Origin: the human T2T-CHM13v2.0 reference genome, Homo sapiens
Assembly: GCA_009914755.4 (NCBI GenBank)
Contig: CP086569.2
Span: 24,480,001 to 24,544,000, forward strand
DNA length: 64,000 bases
Direction: 5' to 3'
Both the position numbers and the translations under genes were made by a program. Below are positions 56,991 through 64,000 of the stretch, piece after piece. The notes below the pieces were generated by a model that was not told the DNA's origin, searched no databases, and saw nothing but the letters and a program-made list of their open reading frames with translations. Position 1 is the stretch's first letter. Each line of letters starts with the position of its first letter.

Positions 56991-57925
56991 TACTAATATC
57001 CTGTGTGTCTGTATCAGAGCTGGTGGGGTGGAGGGACAGAAAGAAGTGGGAGAAAGGTAAAGAGATGGGCAAATGATCTCTAAAGTCTCTCTGGCACTAA
57101 CACAATTCTTTATTATGTGTTTTGTCTGGCTCTTTATATTGATAGCTGTTCCAGAGGCAATCAATACCTATTAGTCGGTTTTATTCTTATTTTTCTGTCT
57201 GATCTTACAGGGGAGCAAACTGTGGCAAAACATGAACTTACTTCTCAGGAAATTAACCATTATGTTGGCAATCACTGTGATTATTTGAACAGCAGCATCT
57301 GGACAAATTTAGTCACATGAAGTACAGAAGAGAGATTTCTCATGGTTAAAATGAAGCTCTCTTTATTTGCTTCTGCTAATTAAAAAATCAGAGCTAAAGA
57401 TACTTAAACACTACAGTTAAAATGCCATGGTTGTCTATTGGCTTAATGAATTCTCTTATGAAATCAACTCTAATATGTTATCCATTATAAATCATGAAAC
57501 ACAATTTTTCTTATTCTCTTTAGAGCTTTACAATTCATCTTAAAAACCAGTGTTTACACTCTCTTCTGTAGGTAGTACAATAACTTTTAGCGAGAAAAAA
57601 TAAAAGTCTGGCTTTCTGACTCATAGGTGTATTCCCTTTAACAGAAAAAGAAAATATATCCTCTTTAAAACTGATGATCATTGGTCACCTCAATTTTATC
57701 AAAGTTCACTTCTGACCTCTTTAGATGTAGTTCTCTACATAAAACTGCCCAACAGAATTCTCTGTCTGAATGCCTCCTCCACAAACAAAATTTTAAGAAC
57801 TAAAATCATCATCTTTCCTTCCAAATGTGCTCTCCCTATGTCCCCAGGGCTCTCCACATGTAGAGCTGAGACCATTTGCCACTCAGTTTCCTCACCCAAT
57901 TAATTACAAGTCCGAACAATTTTCC

Positions 57926-58229
<304 letters not shown>

Positions 58230-59002
58230 CAGTTTTGCCTTTTTAACATCCCTCAGCTCTTCAAATCCATTTTCTCTTCTCTAACACCTCCCCATTCCCC
58301 AGCTCGTAATGAGCTCTTAAGTAGATTACTACAATCACCTCCCAAATGGTCTTCCTGGCTCCATCAGCCTTGTGACCTTCAAGTTCATTCTCCACATGGA
58401 TGTCAGAGTAACTTTCTAAAATGAAAATCTGACCACGTTACTCTCTTGCCTAAATCCACCTATGGCCGGTGTTAGGATCAAGTCTAAACTCCCGACCCTG
58501 GAACATCAGGTCTTCATGCTCTGTTCACTGCTTCTCTACCTCACCTGCAACCAACACCACTCCCACATCCATATACTGCTCACCGTGTATCAACATGAAC
58601 AGGAGGTGGGTGTTTCAGTCCCCAGGAAGACACTGGGCCTTTTCAATCATCTACTGCTATGTAATACCCACCCCACAAACTGACCACATGATTTCATTTT
58701 GCAAGGGTTCCTTCCTTGGGCTGTGTTCAGCAAAAGGGTTTACTGAGCTGGCAGGTCCAAGATGGCCTCACTCACAGGACTGGCTGTTGATGGGAGCCTT
58801 GATGCTCTTGGGCTCACCCCTTATCCTCCAGTAGGTTAGAGCTTCTTACAGTGGTTTCAGGCAGCATCTGAAGCCAGTAAAAGCAGAAGCTCCAAGGCTT
58901 CTTACATTCTAGCCTGGAAAATCACATCACATTGCTTCCTTCATATTTTTTTGGCAAATCAGGTTGCAAGGCTTGCCCAGATTAGGGTAAAGAGGCTCCT
59001 TT

Positions 59003-59313
59003 TCTTTCTTTCTTTTTTTTTTTTTGAGTCAGAATCTTGCTCTGTTGCCCAGGCTGGAGTGCAGTGGTGCAATCTAGGCTCACTGCAAGCTCTGCCTCCT
59101 GGGTTCATTCCATTCTCCTGCCTCAGGCTCCCAAGTAGCTGAGACTACAGGCACCTACCACCACGCCCGGCTAATTTTTTTTTTTTTTTGTATTTTTTAG
59201 TAGAGACTGTGTTTCACTGTGTTAGCCAGGATGGTCTCCATCTCCTGACCTCGTGATCCGCCTGCCTTGGCCTCCCAAAGTGCTGGGATTACAGGCGTGA
59301 GCCACCGTGCCAA
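59003..59313 (-). mobile_element. AluY-like Alu, TSD aagaggctc(c)tttt, internal T14 expansion in linker
   Basis: tttctttctttttttttttttgagtcagaatcttgctctgttgcccaggctggagtgcagtggtgcaatctaggctcactgcaagctctgcctcctgggttcattccattctcctgcctcaggctcccaagtagctgagactacaggcacctaccaccacgcccggctaattttttttttttttttgtattttttagtagagactgtgtttcactgtgttagccaggatggtctccatctcctgacctcgtgatccgcctgcc ... gccaccgtgcc. Confidence 0.92.
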
Positions 59314-62300
59314 ACCAAGAGGCTCTTTTTCTTGATGAAAGGAGTAGTGAAGTCACATTGCATGTCCTTGCAAAGGGACATGCAGACCACATTAGTGAGA
59401 ATATGTGCCTGTATTTTGCAATCTGTAACATGGGCATAAACTAAATGTTTTCCAAAGGGAATAGGGCAAAACAAAAAGGACCTTGACCACTCCTTTGGCC
59501 CTGAATAAATCCAGGTAGCCTAAGAGTATGACTATCCTGAGGTAGAAAGAGGGTCACATGCTGGATAAGAGGTACCTGGGCTCTCCACTTACAAGAAGAG
59601 AGCATGGTTACATTTATAATCACCATTCCCAACATGCTGTGAGTGCAGGCAGCTACCAGGTGGAGAACAAAGGAAATAACCAGGACACCCATCTCTAAAC
59701 CTGTTAATTTAATCACATGGAACACTTCTATTTAAAATTCCCGAGGGTTAAGATGTAAGAATGCTTATCAAGGTAGATGCTGTTCACACTGCTTGGAGTG
59801 TCAGGCCTAGATCTCTATCCATCAGAAACAACAATATCAATAACAACAACAGCAACATGATGATGGGGCAATTTCTGAAAAGCACCATGTATTTTATTGA
59901 TACATGTCTGTTGCAGAAAATCCAGGTGAATCCAAAGAAGAAATAAATGTCTTCCACAATCCCATAGCCCAGAGCTAACTAACCACTATAAAGAACCCAG
60001 TGTGGTTTTAACTAATGGATCAAAAGATGCTCATCAAAGATCTGAGCTTTCCTGAGTGCTAACAGGAAACATCCAGCATCTCTGGTCTCTACAAGGCTGC
60101 AGGTGTCTTTGACCATAGTGCCTGTTTTGTGTCAGGGAAAGAATCAACCTGGGAGCCAAGCCCAGGAATCAGGATGACCAAGACATACTCGACAAGGAGG
60201 GAACAAAGCCATCCAAGGACAATCAAGGACAAATCAAGCAAATGAATTTAAGGGAGACCTGCTCATGGTATGCTTTGCTGCTCAGCATGGCTGGGAGGCA
60301 CAGTGGAAGATCATGCATCCTTCCCCTGGGACTCCTCTGCCAGAGCCTGAGAGATTTCTCCTGCCCACAGGCTAGGGGTAGGACAGTTGGAATTGATCCA
60401 TGCCTTCTAGCTAGACTGTGGGTCCCCTCAGTCTTGGGCATGGTGACAGCCCAGCATCAGACAGAGGTCAGTATCAAACTAGAAAATTTAATAAACGCTG
60501 TCAGATTTGTAGACCCAAGAAAATATAAACTGGCAATCACGGAGGAAAAAAATCTCTCAATGATCTTATCTTTATATGATTCCCTTGCTGTCTGGAAATT
60601 GACATTTCCTTGGGGATAATCTGGTCATAGGATTGGTGAACGTGAAAGGGAGGCAACCTCCGAAGGTGGGGCCCTCTGCTCACCTGGGACAGGGAGGGCC
60701 TGAGGTAGGTGTCTGTGTGAGCTGGGGAGGAGGATGGGAGCAGTGCTTCTAGATATTTCCACTTTCTCCTCATTAGATAATAACGAATGGGTGATTTCCC
60801 TAGTCACTGCAGTATGAGGAAATCTACAAAATCAATTTCCCAATACGCTTTACAGGATAGGTGGAGACACCCATGAAGCACAACTGCAGTGGGTTATAAA
60901 AAACGGCCTTTCGAGTTGAGCAATAAATTCGTTCAAGCAGCCATTCTGAAGGACAAACGTGGCTCTGTATTTAAGAGGGGCATTCCAGCACTTCTCTAGC
61001 CACTGGGTTGACAATGACTCACCAAAGCCTCTGGTAGCCACCACAGGACGCCCAGAGCATATGTTTTAAAGCTGAACACCAAACTGCGGACTTCGGGAGT
61101 AAGTGAACTGACTGGTTTTTATTTTGTTTTACTGCTTTTAACATTACAGTAACTGTTACAGGTTCCAGCAGGCTAACTGGGTGGAAATGAGTTTGGTTTC
61201 ACTTAGTCTCTCTAAAGAGAAAGCAAGTCGGTAGACTAATACCTAATAAAAGCAAAGCTGCCAACAATTGAAATTGCCTGGGCTGCTCTGTGTGTCCCAC
61301 ATGCATGGGTGTGGGTGCCAGTGTGTGTGCGCGTGTGCATGCATGTGCATCTGTGTCGGGATAGAGTGGTAAGAAAATGGGAAATAATAAGAATGTTCAG
61401 TACATACCCTTTCATTATAAAAAGGTGAGCTATAATAAATACTAGTGCCACATTTAGTCAAAACTTTACTCCAGCCAAAGGTGATATTTTCATGATAACA
61501 TCCTGTGATTGCTTTGTTCTTCGTTTTTTATGTTCTTCCTAGATGGGCTCAGAACATACAAGAATTAAGTACACATCTTATTTTCCAGTGATAATGCTAC
61601 CGGCAAATCCTGTTGTTTGTATAAACATCAGCCATGTTTATATAACTAAACTAGTGTTTTGTTTTGTCAATTCAGCAAGAAATTAGACCAAATGGTGGCT
61701 TAATGCTGCATTGATTTGTCTATCAATTTGTTTTCACTTTTCTGCAAAATATTTAATACATTATTAAATTGAATTATGTTGATGCCACAGTTGTTCTTAT
61801 CTCAATTGTCTTAAAATTCATTTAATTTTTTTCCTTTGGTTTCATTATTCAAATTTTAACTTCAGTTCTCAAGATTCTATCTGATGGAAGAGATGGAGTC
61901 CATTACTAAGGACTCCATTGTGCTCCATCATGCCAGAGTTGTAAAATAGATCTTTTAAAGGAAATTTACTGTGATTTTTTTCTATTTAAGAGCTGCCTCT
62001 CCAGTTGAGCATGTAAGAAAATTGTAGCAGGAGAATACAGTAAACTCTATGAGACAAGCTATAAACATGTAGCATTGTGATTAGGGCTGGTTCTCCTTCT
62101 AGAGGCATGGTAGGATTGCAATTTCATACCATCCTTGAAGTTAGAGAGAGCCACGTGACTCATTTAGCCAATGAACTGTAAGCAGAATGACATGTCACTT
62201 CCAGCAGAAGCTTTAAGAATCTGAGAAACATTCACACGTTTTCCATGTGCTGTAGCCTTATACCAAAAGCCTGGGTCCCAAGTGACCATGACAGGCAGAG

Positions 62301-63277
62301 CTCCCTTTTGAGCCACAGAGATTTAGAGAATGGCTGTTAACACAGCATAATCTAGCCCATCCTGACTAATCTGATATTAACATGTATAATAAAGAATTCT
62401 ATCAATGCTGAGGGAAGATGATTAGTTAAGGTCCTAGGTTGCAAGTCTCAAAACCTCTTCTAAGGATTGTAGACAGGAAATTAAATGACTTCTAGTCCCT
62501 AGAGTTCCCAATCTCCTACCATCCCATCCTAATATGACAGAAGTAATTCCTGAGTTGCTTCTGAAACCAGAGCTTCCCTCAGAACCGTTAGCCTGCCAGA
62601 TGGCTTCTTGGAGAGCTCTCACTCACTTTTCTCCTTCTGCTATTGCTGTTCATTCATTCCAGCTTTTAAAAATTCATCTTTATCCAGGAACCTCGCTTCT
62701 AGAAAAGTCATACAGGTGCTTCCAGGAGGCTACACGTGCACCCATATTTTTCTAGCCACATTCATTAGACCAATGCAGCAGAGAAGAAAAGCCTCAATAA
62801 TTATTATGACATGGCATGTTAGGATACCAAGTAAATTGCATTTGTAAAATGTGATTTTCTGTTGGTGTTCACTTCTGCTCTACTGACATTTGGTAAGTAT
62901 TATTGACTGACTGACTAACTAATGTGGTCATTAGTCTTCATAAAGAAAGGCTCTCTACAAAAATGGAGGGATGCCCTTTTTCTGGCATTTAATACGTCAG
63001 AAATTGCCTCCGATAGAAACCAGAGTTGCCTGCTTACTATCAGCACAGGAGAAATGTATTAATGTGACTTTATAGTAACAGGCTTTTAGAAAGTCAAATA
63101 TAAACAAATTTGTCTATTTGTGTGTGTGCATGTGGTGGTGGGGAGGGAAGAAAAAAGGAGGGGGAGAGAAAGAGAAATAAGAACCAAGTTTATTATACTG
63201 TATTCAGGGGGAACAAAATTTCCCAAGGTCCTAACAGAAGAGCAAAGTGCCACTGTCAATAGCCTCCGTAGTGTTAG

Positions 63278-63641
<364 letters not shown>

Positions 63642-64000
63642 AGGATTGCTTTTATAGCCAGTCTTCAGGTGCCCACTGTAGGAACAATGTCATTTAACCC
63701 TCGAGATTATTCTGTGCCAAATACGGATAATGACTAATATTCAACACAGATATTCTCAGCTCAGAGGAGCAATTAGCAAATTCATAAATTAAGTGCTTGC
63801 TTCCTTTTTAGTCAAATACAAACATTTGTTAAAAGATATTATTTTGCTTTACACTTTTTCTCTCAGAAATAAACAGATGCTTGAATTCCCACAGTGCTGC
63901 TTGAGCCTCACACCATGTCATCCTGCCAGGCACCCAGATCCAGTTCTAGAGTTTCACATGATCATGAGTGTTGGTTAATAAGTCAATGTGAACTGGGAGG

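Overview
This window is primate (almost certainly human) nuclear genomic DNA. There is no prokaryotic signal: no operon-like ORF packing, no CRISPR array, and no rRNA or tRNA genes. Interspersed repeats dominate the sequence. I count about 40 Alu SINE copies or fragments, roughly 18% of the window. They range from old, diverged AluJ-like copies to young AluY-like copies with intact target-site duplications (TSDs) and long homopolymer tails. There is one ~2.8 kb 3' portion of an old L1 on the minus strand. Frame-track ORFs on its antisense strand translate to recognisable ORF2 C-terminal peptides. A young L1PA 3'-end mini-insertion of ~115 bp carries a ~20 bp TSD. A MaLR (THE1/MST-like) solo LTR carries a nested Alu. 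About a dozen MIR fragments and many microsatellites are present: (TG)n, (CA)n, (TTTC)n, (CCCCT)n, and GA- or CT-rich tracts. The only gene-derived feature I can support is an L1-mediated processed pseudogene of ribosomal protein L41 (RPL41) at 20110-20535. It has a 9-13 bp TSD, a poly(A) tail and a 25-codon ORF carrying 4 substitutions. I found no convincing protein-coding exon. Almost all ORFs in the six-frame track are translations of Alu, L1 or low-complexity sequence. The recurrent '...[33 protein letters not shown]...' peptides are antisense Alu. The most unusual structure is a ~1.1 kb imperfect palindrome at 28032-29146. Two Alus meet head-to-head within ~10 bp at its centre. Mirrored (TG)n/(CA)n tracts and ~94% identical unique arms flank them. 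I see no evidence for a novel or undescribed biological system here. The interesting content is repeat architecture and potential non-B DNA or dsRNA-forming configurations. All coordinates were hand-counted from the line numbering and may be off by a few bases.
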